DNA from: Squalus acanthias
Taxonomy: Eukaryota
Assembly (NCBI GenBank): GCA_030390025.1
Contig: CM059432.1
Coordinates: 70,930,001-70,994,000 of the forward strand
Reading direction: 5' to 3'
Length of the DNA stretch: 64,000 nucleotides
Part shown: positions 39,455-52,718 of the stretch, piece after piece
Layout: each line of letters begins with the position of its first letter
How positions within the stretch are numbered: position 1 is the stretch's first letter
Notes under the pieces: generated by a model
Database searches by the model: none
What the model saw: the letters and a program-made list of their open reading frames with translations, nothing else
What the model was told of the DNA's origin: nothing
Translations under genes and position numbers: made by a program

Positions 39455-40918
39455 CCAACTAAATATTCCAGGGTACTTGATGTTTAGAAAAGACATGCAG
39501 AATGGAAAAGGAGGGGGAGTAGCCCTGATAATAAAGGATGACATAGGCACAGAAAGGATCTTGACTCGGAGGATCAGGAAGTAGAATCAGTATGGGTGGA
39601 GGTAAGAAATAACAAGGGGCAGAAAAAGATAGGAAGGTAGCAAATGTAACCCCACTATTCAAGAAAGGAGGGAGAGAGAAAGCAGGGAACTGCAGGCCAG
39701 TTAGCCTGACATCAGTCATCGGGAAAATGCTGGAATCCATTATTAAGGAAGTGGTAACAGGGCACTTAGAAAATCTTAATATGATTCTGCAGAGTCAACA
39801 TGGTTTTATGAAAGGGAAACCGTGTTTAACAAATTTATTAGAGTTTTTGAGGATGTAACTAATAGGGTAGATAAAGGGGAACCAGTGGATGTAATATATT
39901 TGGATTTCCAAAAGGCATTCAATAACGTGCCACATAAAAGGTTGCTATGCAAGATAAGGGCTCACGGGGTTGGGGGTAATATATTAGCATGGATAGAGGA
40001 TTGATTAACAGACAGAAAACAGAGAGTTGGGATAAACGGGTCATTTTCTGGTTGACAGGCTGTAACTAGTGGGGTGCCACAAGGATCAGTGCTTAGGCCT
40101 CAGCTATTTACAATCTATATTAATGACTTAGATGAAGGGACTGAGTGCAATGTATCCAAGTTTGCTGACGATACAAAGCTAGGTGGTAAAGTAAGCTGTG
40201 AGCAGGACACAAAGAGCCTGCAAAGGGATATAGACAGGTTAAGTGAGTGGGCAATAAGGTGGCAGATGGAGTATAATGTGAGGAAATGTGAGGTTATTCA
40301 CTTTGGTAGGAAGAATAGAAAAGCAGGATATATTTTAAATGGTGAGAAAGGGCTTTGGTGAGACCACACCTGGAGTCGTGTGCACAGTTTTGGTCTCCTT
40401 ATCTGAGAAAGGACCTACATGCCTTAGAGGTGGAGCAACAAAGGTTCACTAGATTGATCCTTGGGATGAGAGGGTTGGCCCATGAGGAGAGACTGAGTAG
40501 ATTGGGCCTATACTCTCTGAAGTTTAGAAGAATGAGAGGTGATCTCATTGAAACATATAAGATTCTGAGGGGGATTGACAGGGTAGATGCTGAGAGGTTG
40601 TTTCCCCTGGCTGTAGAGTCTAGAACTAGGGGGCATAGTCTCAGGATAAGGGGTCGGCCATTTAAGACTGAGATGAGGAGGAATTTCTTTACTCAGAGGG
40701 TTGTGAATCTTTGGAATTCTCTACCCCAGAGGGCTGTGAATGTTGAGTATATTCAAGGCTGAGATCGATAGATTTTTGGACTCTCGGGGAATCAAGGGAT
40801 ATAAGGATTGGGCGGGAAAGTGGAGTTGAGGTCGATGATCAGCCATGATCTCATTTCATAGCGGAACAGGCTCGAAGGGTCAAATGGCTTACTCCTGCTC
40901 CTAATTCTTATGTTCTTA
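39455..40918 (+). mobile_element. CR1 LINE with internal deletions (APE remnant joined to RT)
   Basis: GKGGGVAL, VTPLFKKG, YLDFQKAF, PQGSVL and FADDTKL; deletions near 39630 and 40347. Confidence 0.92.
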
Positions 40919-41132
40919 TTTTCTCCCCCATTTCTCCAAGAAAATTGCAATTGAAGTCCTGCATTCGGCTTATTTAAAGAGCCTCCCACCTGTTTTAGGC
41001 AGGAGCGCTGGGCACCCATTTAAAGGCCTGCCTGAAAATTGAATCAGGTGAGCAAATGGTTGTACAAGATCCTCACCAGATTTTCCTCTGCTGGTCGCCT
41101 CTTTTTCAGCCAAGAAATGAGCAGCCAGCCGT

Positions 41133-41310
41133 TAAAGAAAGAAGAACTTGGATTTATACAGCGTTTTTCACGACCTTTAGATGTTCCAATTTGCAGCCAA
41201 TGACATACTTTTGAAATGTAGTCATTGTTCTAATATAGGAAACACGGCAGCCAATTTGCACACAAGGTTCCACAAACAGCAATGAGATAAATGACCATAT
41301 AATCTGTTGA
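41133..41310 (-). mobile_element. Deu-SINE 3' fragment
   Basis: Matches the 3' half of the 24225-24400 element. Confidence 0.7.
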
Positions 41311-42292
41311 AAATCTCCTCTCTATATGTTGGAGATCGTAAGTAATATTTGACGTTGAATCATATGGCTACAAAAGTTTATGTTATTTGCCAAAAATATT
41401 AGCAACAATAAGCACAATAGATTAATGGCAATGTGTTATGACACATTTTTTTCACCCTCCATAGTCTTACGTATGTGGCTTGAATCACTGCAGCCTTTGT
41501 TTTGCTATCTTTGTAGAATTACAACTTCTCATATTATTGTTACCATATTGTTTTAGGGCACATTTACATGCAGCTGAGACTGATCTGACTTTGTTAGCTG
41601 CTGTTCTGATTCCAGCCAGACAGAACCTTGTTTAGATTGCTTGCCTCCTTCTTGGCAGGTACTTTAACTGTTCTGTTTAGAAGAAAGCACTGCATTCTCC
41701 TGGATACATGCATGTGCAGAATTGTCTCTCAAAAGTTAGACATTTCATTGTTTAGAGAGCTGGGAGGGGAGAAACACTGTAGTCTAAACATTTAAGTTAA
41801 GGTTAGGTAGGTTTACAAAGTCTTGGGGTTTGATCCAGCTTTGGATTTACACTCCACATGTTGTCAACCCAAATGAGTCTACTCTCTACAGGGAATATCA
41901 CTTCACTTCACTCCAAAGTCAATTCTGGTCCTTGCTTCAGATTTACAGGTTGGTGGGAAGCAGCAGTCACTTTGCACTGAAACTGAACAATCTCATGTTA
42001 CCAGAAAACTCAATTCATACATAGATGCTTATATCGAGACACTAAGTTTACTTGAATTCTATACTAATAAGCCACTGTGGGTTATATTGGCACCCATTCA
42101 TCAATTAGTGGTGTGTCAGTAAGCAATGGAGATTTTGTATGAAAGATGCCCAATTGTAGAAAAAAATGTAAATACAAAAATTTGAAAAATAGAACTGATA
42201 GTGAGATTTCACTGTTAAAAATATAATTGCTAGTTTGAGTAAAAGAACAAATATAAAAAATGCACAAAACAGTTTATAATTTTGCGGTTAGA

Positions 42293-42298
42293 TTTATT
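42293..42298 (-). terminator. Candidate PENK polyadenylation signal AATAAA
   Basis: AATAAA on the minus strand about 285 bp after the stop codon, followed by a T-rich tract. Confidence 0.5.
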
Positions 42299-42582
42299 TG
42301 AATATGTACAACTAGGCAGTTGAGATTTTATCTTTGTCTTACATTTAATGAATATTAGACAACATTTAACAAATTACAGTTCGAGAAGAAAGTGCACAAA
42401 GAAGGCGTACAATTAAATCTGACAATCTCATCTCGACTAAAGGCAACATAGATCTGCACGTAACATGTAGGTTGCAGGTCGCCTGTTCTTGGTAAACTAA
42501 ACAGTAAAAAAAACACCTGTACATTCTAAGCAACACAGTACACTTAAATATGAGAACAGAGACAGTCTTTCTGATTGTACGT

Positions 42583-43242
42583 CTAAATTCTCATAAATCC
42601 ACCATATCTCTTTTCAAGTTCAGGGACTTCTTTGGAATAAATTTCACCATCTTCATCAGAAGGAATGAAAGCATCATTCCAGCGTTTCATAAATCCACCA
42701 TACCTTTTCTGGTAATCTGGTTTACCAAATCTTCTCATGAAGCCCCCATATCTCTTTTGCAATTCTGGCAAATCTTCTAATTCAGGGCTTCTCTTGAATC
42801 CATTCATGAATCCTCCATACCGCTTCATGATCTCGCTGCGGCTATCAGAGTTGCTGTGGTCCAAGTAATGCTTCCGTTCATTGAGCTCACTTAAGTTCAG
42901 CAGCTCTCTCAGAATGTCAGCAGAATCTACTGAAGAAGCGCTCTCAATGTCCTTCTTCATAAACCCTCCATATCTCTTACTCAGTATCTCTCTTCCCTTA
43001 TTTTCATCGTCGACTTCGGAAATATACGTATCACCACTGTCTCCTTTTTTCATGAAGCCTCCATAGCGCTTCATGAAGCCGCCATACCTTTTGCTCAATA
43101 GCAGGCGTTGCTCTTCTTTTTCTTTGTCATTTTCAGGAGAACTTTGACTGTCATCATGGAGTTTGTTGACTTCTTCTAGCTCCTTACACATCCCCCATGC
43201 CTTTCCTGATGGCAGCTTACCTTCACACTCTAATGTGCAACT
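42583..43242 (-). CDS. PENK: Proenkephalin, last coding exon
   Basis: Acceptor tttcag|AGT; SCTLECEGKLPSGKAWGMC... then seven YGGFM cores preceded by KR sites; ends YGGFMRI-stop. Confidence 0.98.
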   Translation of the reverse strand, partial: SCTLECEGKLPSGKAWGMCKELEEVNKLHDDSQSSPENDKEKEEQRLLLSKRYGGFMKRYGGFMKKGDSGDTYISEVDDENKGREILSKRYGGFMKKDIESASSVDSADILRELLNLSELNERKHYLDHSNSDSRSEIMKRYGGFMNGFKRSPELEDLPELQKRYGGFMRRFGKPDYQKRYGGFMKRWNDAFIPSDEDGEIYSKEVPELEKRYGGFMRI

Positions 43243-44204
43243 CTGAAATAAAATAACATTTATGTATCAAATAATGCGTAATGTATACTGAAAAGCAGCA
43301 TGACAGTCAAACAGGTCAAGGAGACATCGACGGCCAAACAAGTTCCTGTATTTTATTGTTGTAAAATCTATTACAGCTCCCTGGTCTTGCTATGTGTGGT
43401 GGAGTGAAGAGTTCAGTTGCATGTGATACATACATTTAACAATTTTATTACATCATTTTGTGATATAATTCAACTTCTTTATCCAAGTTCAGCTGATGTG
43501 GGAACAGACAGCCAACTTAATAAAAACATTTTCTGAAATTTCACCAACTCCAAGAGCAGCAATGTCTTGAGAGCACCCTCACCACAAGGACTGCAGCAGT
43601 TCAAGGAGAAGGCCCACCACCAACTTCTCAGGCCAACTAGGGATGGGTAATAAATGCAGTCTTGCCAGTGTTGCTCTCATTCTGAGAACAAAAAAGCTAG
43701 ATCAGAGTTTCACTGGACCATTTTTGGATTATGTATAATCTGTGAAAGTGGTTGTATACACTGACCATTTCTCATTTATATTCAGCACTAATTGAGAAAT
43801 TATTTTTTTATCTGGGAATAGTTATGCAGCTAGACAATAATTACACGCTAAACAAACTAACAGCTAAACTGCAGATTATGGCTGGATAAAATTCCAGAGG
43901 TTAGGTGAGGGTCATTAATCCCTTAGTAACAACTTCAACTCTGCTTCACTGTAACCTATCAACGGGCGTCCAGTAAAAAGTATATAAACTGAACTGGCCC
44001 ATATCAACTGCAGGAAATATGATAATAGAAAATGGATACACATGAGTAACTTCACACACTATTGCCCTAGGATTCAGATGACTGTTCACATTTGAACGCT
44101 TCAATGTAATTGTTGTCTTGGATTACATTAAATATTTGTTATTTTCGAATGATTTTTTACATAGCCACATTTTTTGTATTATGATCTTTTTTAAAAAAGA
44201 GACT

Positions 44205-44495
44205 GAGAAGGCACGGATTGTGCAGTGGGTTAAATTTCTTAGGTTCGAATCCAGCCCACGCTAATGGGATTAAAGTTTGCTGGTTGTAAAGGTTTTATGT
44301 AAAATGAGTTTGGATAATCTCAATTCAGTTCCCGGAAGCGTCAAATTGCACAAATTGTCCGTCATTGACGGTGAATTGCAATCTGGCTCAGGACTACGAT
44401 AGATACGGTTGGGAACGAAATGGAAAGATGTTGCACTGGTTCAGTAGGGGTACGCTTCTGAGGTTAGGGCTAAGGCATGCTGGGGCATTATCTAA
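44205..44495 (+). mobile_element. Ancient tRNA-derived SINE, LF-SINE-like, in PENK intron
   Basis: GGTTCGAATCCAGCCCA, TATGTAAAATGAGTTTGGATAATCTCAATTCAGTTCC and AGGTTAGGGCTAAGGCA resemble, in order, blocks of the LF-SINE consensus as I recall it. Confidence 0.55.
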
Positions 44496-45269
44496 CCCGG
44501 TATTACTTGACGATGAGTATGAGGAAGTATTTAATTTCCTAATACTAACATTCTTCGTCTTAAAAAGATCAAATATTATATTTAAAACAGGGGGAAAGAC
44601 AGTGAACATGCAGTTGTGTAATCGAGCAGTCCAGTGGTGCGGGATACAGTCCAGCTCCAGCAATCAGCATCACAGGACAGTGGCTTCTTCAGGAAGACGA
44701 AACGATATTTGTGTGTTTACTTAGCACATATTTAACTTAACAATAGTTTGGATAAAAGTGCTGTCAGTCACGCATTAAATGCTATTATTTGCCTTAAGCA
44801 ACTAAGCAATTGCCGTTTAGGTAAAGCAATTGTATATTCTCAAAACGGGACATCATTTCTGACAGTCCCCCCCCCCCCATATAATTATCTAAAACCAAAC
44901 AGCTGGCCACTAACGAAAGGTATTAAAATCCAATAAAGTACTGGTGGGCCGGGCTTTTTCTAGAAAACTGAAATTGTAAAATTGTTGTGCACAAGCGGCC
45001 GACGTTGTTCGTGTACAGACAATTGTTTCTTCAGTACTCAGCATAAATTCTGGCTCTCAGTTCGGTCTTCCGTCCATACAGCGGCGCAGTCGAATCCTTT
45101 ACGTGAAAAGCTAGGATGTCACTGAAGTTGCGTAAATACAAACCTGGAACAGGTTGGCTTACTAGTAGAGACTGAGAGGAGCCGCAAGATGTTTGTTTCA
45201 ACCCTTCATTAATTGCAATTTCCCCCCTCATCTTTTAAACTTATTAAACAGGAACGATCTTTCCATTTC

Positions 45270-45385
45270 CTGCTTTTTTCCAGTTCTGACGAAAGGTCAT
45301 CGACCTGAAACGTTAACTCTGTTTCTCTCTTCACAGATGCTGCCTGACCTGCTGAGTTTCTCCAGTATTTTCTGTTTTTATTTTG
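45270..45385 (+). mobile_element. Solo PLE terminus with intact hammerhead motif (45282-45318), in PENK intron
   Basis: Near-identical to 38660-38770; CTGACGAAAGGTCATCGACCTGAAACGTTAACT. Confidence 0.8.
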
Positions 45386-46854
45386 GAGAGCTGTTAATGA
45401 GTTAGCAATCTTCGTCCGATTCAGCTACATTGATGTATGAACATGAAATAAACAACTCTTTACCTGGTCTGAAATGTTTCAGCGTTGTATACGCGAGACA
45501 ACCCCAGATTCAAGATTCTGCCTGCGCCAACTACACATTGTACAGTTTATACCAAGCTGGTTTACTCTTATTTCAGAATGTATCCCAGATTTTATATTGT
45601 CCGTGGATCCATATGGAGCCTGAATGCCGAGTAGAGCAACCAGGCTGTATTAGCCCCTGAACACCACCATCTTTATGGGGGAGGGGAGGGATAGTTCCCC
45701 CACAGTCTGTACAGAACCACATTAAAAAAAAAATCATTCTCGGGATGTGGGCATCTCTGGCAAAGTCGGCATTTATTGCCCACCCCTGGAAGATGGCGGT
45801 GGGCATTTTAATTCTCACTACATTAACATTAATGGACTTAAAAAAGTTTTGAAATGAAACAATATAAACATCATTCTTCCCATTCTATTGAAGTTTTGTA
45901 ACATTGATAACACTCTTATGTGATTGCACTGACTTGACTGATCGCGGTCCCAGTTTCTGATACATTCCCAGAGCTGAGAAATGCGTCGCAAACTCAGCCG
46001 ACACTGATCAGCATGACAATCAGCCGGTTACTATTTAGTTCAGTCCATGCCCCCGAAAATAATGATTTCCACTATGATACTGCCACCAGATTGCCTTCCA
46101 ACGCCGCTTCTTGAAGAATACCATCTCTCCAGTACGCCTGGTTCGTGGAAGAATATTGCAATTCCGCATCTTTTCATCTACCCACATTTAAATTCAACGG
46201 TTCAAAGAAGCGGATTGCACTCTGCTGGTAGGTTACTGCAGATAAGACAGCCTGGAATTTGGTCGGAAGATTTAGCATCACTCCGATTATCTATTCATTC
46301 GAATAATTGGTTCTAACAAATAATTAATATTCGCACTTTTACCCGAACCTTTCTTTTAATAAAAAAAGCTAAATTCATAAAATATCAACATTTCTATTTT
46401 TTGCAAAAACAAAACATATTGCCTGTGTGTACCCTCCACAAGTAAATAGAAGTAAAATATGTATATGCTGTGTTCAGCACCTGCTGCCGAGAGGAAGAAT
46501 GCACAACAATGGAGCGCGGGTGTCTTCACTGGTGTATTATTGGGTGCTGGTTATTGGCAGCCCTGTTGTTTGAAGGCCAAGGCTGGCAAAGTTCACTCTT
46601 TTAAAACGTAATACTCCGCACCACGGCCCTTTCATGCCCGTTTGGACCAGTGTGTCCCTCCATGTTTAGTAACTGTTACCTGTTAGAAACATCTGTGTTT
46701 CATATCCGTCTTGTTTATTGTCGTAAACGGGTCGCAGGTTTGCTTCTCACTACCGATAAACACGCCTGTCGGTAACTTATACCTAATTATAACTGGGACA
46801 CGAAATTTTAATTTCAGTGGCATTTCTGTGTTGTAAAGGAATAAGCAGACTCTA

Positions 46855-47058
46855 TAAAAAAAACCTGCAAATGCTGGAAATCTGAAAGGAAAAGAGAAAA
46901 TGCTGGAAACAATCAGCTGGCCAGTCAGCATCTGTGAAGAGAAGACAATGTAAAGTTTGGTGTGTAACCTTTCATCAGAACTGCTCGGGAAATACGAAAT
47001 CATCTCTTTTCTCCACACAACTGATCTGCTGCGTGTTTCCAGCGTTTTCGGTTTTTGA
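46855..47058. mobile_element. Degenerate inverted pair of PLE termini in PENK intron
   Basis: Minus-strand copy (CAGTTCTGATGAAAGG...CAGATGCTG...TTTCCAGCATTTTC) followed by a plus-strand partial copy (CTGCTGCGTGTTTCCAGCGTTTTC). Confidence 0.6.
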
Positions 47059-48557
47059 GGCGGGATATACAAATGTTCTCATATTGAATTTAATAAATTC
47101 TCCACAACATGTAATTTCCCAACATGGAGAAAAGTATGTTAAATTAATGTATTTGCTAGTTTATCTCACCTTTAGGTCCCCCGTATTATTCATTCGTCGA
47201 GGGCTTTCTTGGAGCACTGTGAGACCAAAGATTCACTCTCCTGCCTAGCCTGCACTGGGCACTCCCAGCAGGGCCTGTTCGGAGTCGTGGGGCAAACTGC
47301 GTTTAATGTATTGCGGCTCAGCGCTATAACACCGGGGGTTAAATGACCGAATGCCGTTGTCAAAGTTTTTCATGATGTCCTGACTGATGTTAGACTCCTA
47401 TTATCTTATTTAAAACCATCCTACATCACTCAGACAGTGAGAGTGGATTATCATTCAAGTAAAAACGCCCATTGTATCCCAGATTGTCTTTATAAAAGGC
47501 TGGTGCTTTTCTCCAAACTGAGCCTGAAGCTATTCAATACTGAGAGTTCATAGCGAAGAGTAAATAGAGTCCCGCCCACTGTTCAAAACAACAAATTGCC
47601 GAGAGCCTGGGAGTGGGATAAGATTGATTTACCGAAGTTGTATTTGTTGCTGTTTCCTGGTCTCCGGGAGAAAGTCCGGGAGTACAAACATAATTCTTCA
47701 CCTGAGCGATTGTCCTAGGCTACTTGTCACATCCGCTACCTGTCTTTATCTATTTAATATAGTTCTAACTTTTAAGTGAGTTTTTTTTATTCTGGCGGGA
47801 CAATACTATTGGTGATTAATCTGGGAGAGCCGAAATGTTCGTTTTGTCCGGAGCCTCCTGTGCGGAGCTTGAAGTGCGCGGCATTTACCGGATTGTTTTG
47901 TGCAGCGAGTCACAGTCCGCGATAGTTGGCGCTAGTGGAACTTCAGAGCCTCGATTGCTATTCTAGACTTTTTTTGTCTTTGGATTTAGAAACATAGGAA
48001 CTGGCGGCTGTTTAACGGATAACCTTGGCGTTAGAGGAGCGGAGGGACAACTATGACTAAGACCAATCGGTACGATGATTTTAGAACCGTGCAATGCTGT
48101 CACTCTCTGTCTCAGTCTTATCTTTCAATGCCATCCTTTCTGTTTCTTTCCCGTCTCTCTCTCTCACTCCCCACCCCAAGATTTGTCGCCTCCAACGCGC
48201 TCACTTTACCCGTACACCGTCCACTCCCCCATCGATCCGCTCTCTTCGCTAACTCAGAGCACAGCTGCTACACACACTGCTTTGATTAAAACAAATTATA
48301 CAAGTTAATATGAAAATCAATCATAAAATATTTGTCTTCCTAAGAACTCCCAACCACATCAGAGCCCTGGCGTTTCCATAGGGCTGTCTCTCTAATGCGG
48401 TATCAGGGAGCTGACTTAAGGATACAAGGTTGATAACCCAAACTTCACATTGACATTAGGATATCACACCGTGGGCTTCCTAAAGCAGTCAGCACAGAGG
48501 ATGTGTACGTGTGTACGGTAGGTGTGTGTGTAATTGTTGGGGGCTGTTTATACTCAC

Positions 48558-48695
48558 CAGCGGGTTAAACTCAGTCGAGTGGCCGGCCAGATGGTAGGCG
48601 CAGTAAGCGCAATCCTGGTCACAGTCTGCCCCGACCCCCACGAAGGAGGCACACAGCACCGCCACCAGACAATGACACTTCCACAGTAACGCCAT
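48558..48695 (-). CDS. PENK: Proenkephalin, first coding exon (signal peptide and start of the Cys-rich domain)
   Basis: Acceptor ttgcag|CTC ATG; MALLWKCHCLVAVLCASFVGVGADCDQDCAYCAYHLAGHSTEFNPL; donor CTG|gtgagt; 46 codons, phase 0, joins the last exon to give 265 aa. Confidence 0.96.
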
Positions 48696-49381
48696 GAGCT
48701 GCAAATGCAACGCAGAATACAAAATATACTTAGCCGAGATACTGAAAGGAAAATGCATGTCTTCATTTAAACCTTATTCTGCGTTGGTGTAAGACCTTCA
48801 CATAATTCTTCACCACATCAACCAATAAACGTAATCACAAAAGACATCAGGTTTTGGATATTCTCTGCTGATCTATAGGCTACAGTTCCTCGATAGAAGC
48901 AAAATCATAAATAGCCGTTTTGTAGAAGGAAGATCTTTATCTTGAGAGGTTCTGTTCATCGGCTAGACCAGCAGTTCTTCCAAGTAAAAATAAAAACTAG
49001 ACTCAAAACATTATGTATTCTTTTAATGGAATTTACATAGACAGCGATTCAGCTGCAACACAATCTGTCAAATGTAACTACTGTGCAAGAAGAGATTAGT
49101 AAAGGATGAAAATTATGTTCTCGTTTCATTGTTTATCACCATCTCTATCTGGAAGAAGAGTTTTACATAAACTTACTTTTGACTCCGAGTGTAGTACATC
49201 AACCATGCTGAAAGACCAAAACTTGCGTGAGGTTATTTTAGTTAAAAAAAACTCGCTCGATACATTTACAGAGAATTGCAGTTTCAGTGAATTCTGAAAG
49301 TTCTACTGTTCATGTTCACAAGATACCAGGAACACAAGAACTAGGCTGCGTCTCAAAGACAAGAAGCTGCCTTGCACCTAC

Positions 49382-49437
49382 CTTTGTTGTAGCCTTTCTC
49401 AGAATGAAACTCGTCTGAAGCTGGACGTAGCTTTTCT
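49382..49437 (-). other. PENK: Putative non-coding exon 1 of PENK (5' boundary approximate)
   Basis: Donor AAG|gtagg at 49381; TATA box about 30 bp upstream of the inferred start; matches the known three-exon layout of PENK. Confidence 0.6.
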
Positions 49438-49460
49438 GGCTCTTGCAGACTTCAGCTGGT

Positions 49461-49467
49461 ATTTATA
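49461..49467 (-). promoter_or_regulatory. PENK TATA box (TATAAAT)
   Basis: Minus-strand CTATAAATA upstream of a good splice donor; GC box GGGCGG near 49584. Confidence 0.65.
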
Positions 49468-49711
49468 GAGGAATGAGCTGATCTCCGGAGATAACCTGGA
49501 AAATAGACAAATGCCCCGCAGTTATAGCAAGCAGTTTGCCAGTCTACTGATACCTAACTGTCTCGCCCCACGCCTTTAAGTAAGGGCGGGTCACTGTGGG
49601 CAACTGTCAATCCTTACCCAAGCTGTCAGGTTGTTAACATTTACAGCGCGTGTGATGGAAGCAGCTCTATGTAATGATCACAAGAAGCAAAACAGTTGCC
49701 TGGAGGTCCCA

Positions 49712-49718
49712 TGACGCA
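49712..49718 (-). promoter_or_regulatory. ENKCRE-2-like CRE/AP-1 site TGCGTCA
   Basis: Same heptamer as the mammalian proenkephalin CRE-2, about 250 bp upstream of the TATA box. Confidence 0.45.
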
Positions 49719-52718
49719 GAACGCACGGACTTTATCTTCCACGACGCGTGACACATTGCCGCCTACAGGGACAACACACTTCAGGATCTAATTGGAGAAA
49801 AAAAGTGTGGATTTGTAAATGAAGGATAATCGATTGCCCCCAGTCCCATTTTTAAAGGATGTGTAGGATGAGACTGCAGGGAGCATTCACATTCCAATAC
49901 AAATCCGCTACTCTAAGAACAAATGTAGAAAACCACAGCAAAGCAACAAGTGAGACGTGTTCACTTGTAAAGTGTTTCGGGGCGGTTCGCAATTGCGGTT
50001 AATGAATGTCCGAACTAAGCGCGACTGAAAGGGATTGTGCATTCCTGAGCTGGATTTAGAAGATAGCAAAGGACAAGTTAAAAGTATATGTAAAATTCAG
50101 TTAGTTATTTTGGTATTGAGTGATCTGGTACATTTCGTATTATCACAAGCCTCAAAGCAGGATTGCACTAAGGATGCAGGTCGCAGGCTGTATCCGATAT
50201 ATCACGCATTCAGCGTGAAGATCTGTAGAATAACAGCAAAATGGGCACATTTTAGATTAAGCTGATTTAATTTAATTTATTTATATATATTTTTTTTAAA
50301 TTGGGAGTTTATTGGAGCTGGACTCCATTCTAAAGCCCAGAACAAAATGTGTCTTACTTGTTATTTTAACTGCATCTTGTGCCGAGTCTACCTGTGATCG
50401 TGTGCTGGTAACTAGCGACAACAATCATTGTGGAGAAGATCGCCAAATAAAATCAATCTTGGCAAAAGCTTAAGCTGTTTACAAAAGTACATTTTATGAC
50501 ACCAACTGGGCATTGTTATATGGGCGGCAGTCAGCACGATTCAGGGATTCCCACCTATCCATTTTACACCATGTAACGCGAACTTCTCCAGCTCCCCAAT
50601 ACGTGAACTCAAGTGTTCAAGAGTTCTCAGTCCAGTCCGATTTTATTTAGTTGAAATCCCGCGTTTTGTAGTTATAATCATTTTGTCAACGGGCCAGCCT
50701 GGCGCTAGAACTGCGCATATTGCCAGACTTTAGTTTATTAGTCAAGCGTAAAATAAAAATGTAAAAAAAAAACACCCATATAAAACAGGCAACGTGCACT
50801 ACACCGGTGTATCAGGGATAGGCCCAGAGCTACTGCTTTGAGATTGGAAACGCAACAGGGCTATGCTTTTCTACAATAAAGGGTTAATAGCCCTTACTTT
50901 ATAGAAATGAATGACATTTCCCCCCACAAGTTTCCGTCTCCTTCGTAACGGTTAGTGTCGGTGAATGTGTACGGGCCAATCAAATATTTCCTCAGCCGTG
51001 CTGTTCTCCCACTCAGCGGGCTCCATGAAATCCCTCTGTGCGGGAGCAGCAAGCACACAGAAGGATCCGGCAGGGGTGCATTTAGTGTTCGCCTGGGAGC
51101 GGTACTGGTCGGAGAATTTACACTGCTGTTTGGCACTTCTCAAGCAATTTCAATGTAACCAGTAAAACTTGCAAATATTTCTCTATCTATTCGTGCAGTG
51201 TACAGAGAAAGATTTTGCAAAGCTCTTGTACACATTTGGTCTAGCGGGGAGAAGGGATCTGTCAAGTCCAAGAATGCTTAATGAAAGCTCCAATCTAAAC
51301 GATTAATAGCTTTGTTCTCCTAACGCAACTCCTCAAAGTCTGGACCCGAGCCAATTCCTGCTGTTCGCCTGGCTCAGTCCAAGCCGCTTTAATCAGCCTG
51401 GATCCAACATGATTTCCACTAGCAAATTAAAGAAATTACAGCTGACTTGTGAGGTGGCGGGTGTTAACACCGAGAAGGTGACTAAATGTGGGTTGTAAGG
51501 AAAGCTGTGTTAGTTTTATAATTTTATTATATGAATGAAAACAAACGCCTAAAAGGTTAGCAAATGAGGAAAAAAATCATTCTCCAGGATTATTTTCACT
51601 CAAGTAAGAAGGTGCACTGTGCAGTAGCATCTTGAATTCTATGCAGTTTTCCATCCTGTACTGGTGCCTATTACTGGTGCCTGTAGCTCAGCCCATTTAT
51701 CACTCATGAGAGGGGAGAACGGCATTTAGCCCCTTTCTCCCATTTAAGATTGGCAGCACCATCAAAGCACGAAGATGATACCATAAATTGCAAAAATGAA
51801 CTCGTGCAGTTGATAAATGGCAATCTAACCTTGCGATTGCATGCTTTAATTTCTCCCTTAGCCATTCTTATACATCATTTTTTGGGGTGGTGAAAATTGT
51901 CAGTTTTTGTGATTACTTAACAAGTTCTTTGTTCCCTGATGATTATTATCTTTGTTACTTCATTTTGGTCTTTTATGACTGGTCAAATATGATAGCGAGG
52001 AAGGCATGATTCTGCTCTGTAGCAATCTATCAGTAGATGTACATCTAATTTTTTGACAGTGCTGTGGGCGAGAATGCCTTTGTAATCTTTTGGCGAGTGT
52101 GCATTTGAAGTCTAGCTGATGTAGTGGAGGTGAGTCTGGGAAGAGAAAAAGTCAAATCTCTCGTGGCGTGTGTCTTTGTCCCTGTTTGTCTAATGGGGAG
52201 AAGGAATGCGTCAAAGTCCCAGAAAGTTTAATGGAAGAGGACAATCTAATAGTTGGCACACACCAATAAATACTGTGTCAGTCATGGCAGTCTACTGGTT
52301 GGCATACCTCAGAGGTTAGTGCAGGCTCATCCCAATTGGAAACTGGTAAGCTTCATCAGATCTTCAAGTTTGAATTTGGAAGATCCTATTTCTAGACCCT
52401 TAGAATGCACAGCATTAACTTAGAATGCCTTTCAATAACAACAACAACAAGAACTTGCATTTATATGGCACTTTTAACATAGTAAAACATCCCAAGACAC
52501 TTCACAGGAGTGTAATCAGACAAAAATTGACATACTGAATATCCTGGATCAGACACATTAGTATGTCATAGTGCATAATTTCTATTTAAATTCCATTCAT
52601 ACCGTTAAACTATTATCAATTATAATTAATTTCAGTTTATAATTTTTGTAGCTCTCTCCATATTAATAGTGACTGACAAGTTAAGTGTAAGTTCTATTCA
52701 AATGATTGTGTAATTTAC

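Noticed and set aside
46472..46640. REST/NRSE site in PENK intron (TTCAGCACC at 46473; GCACCACGG near 46618)
   Set aside because: Only half-sites; the GGACAG right half is missing in both.
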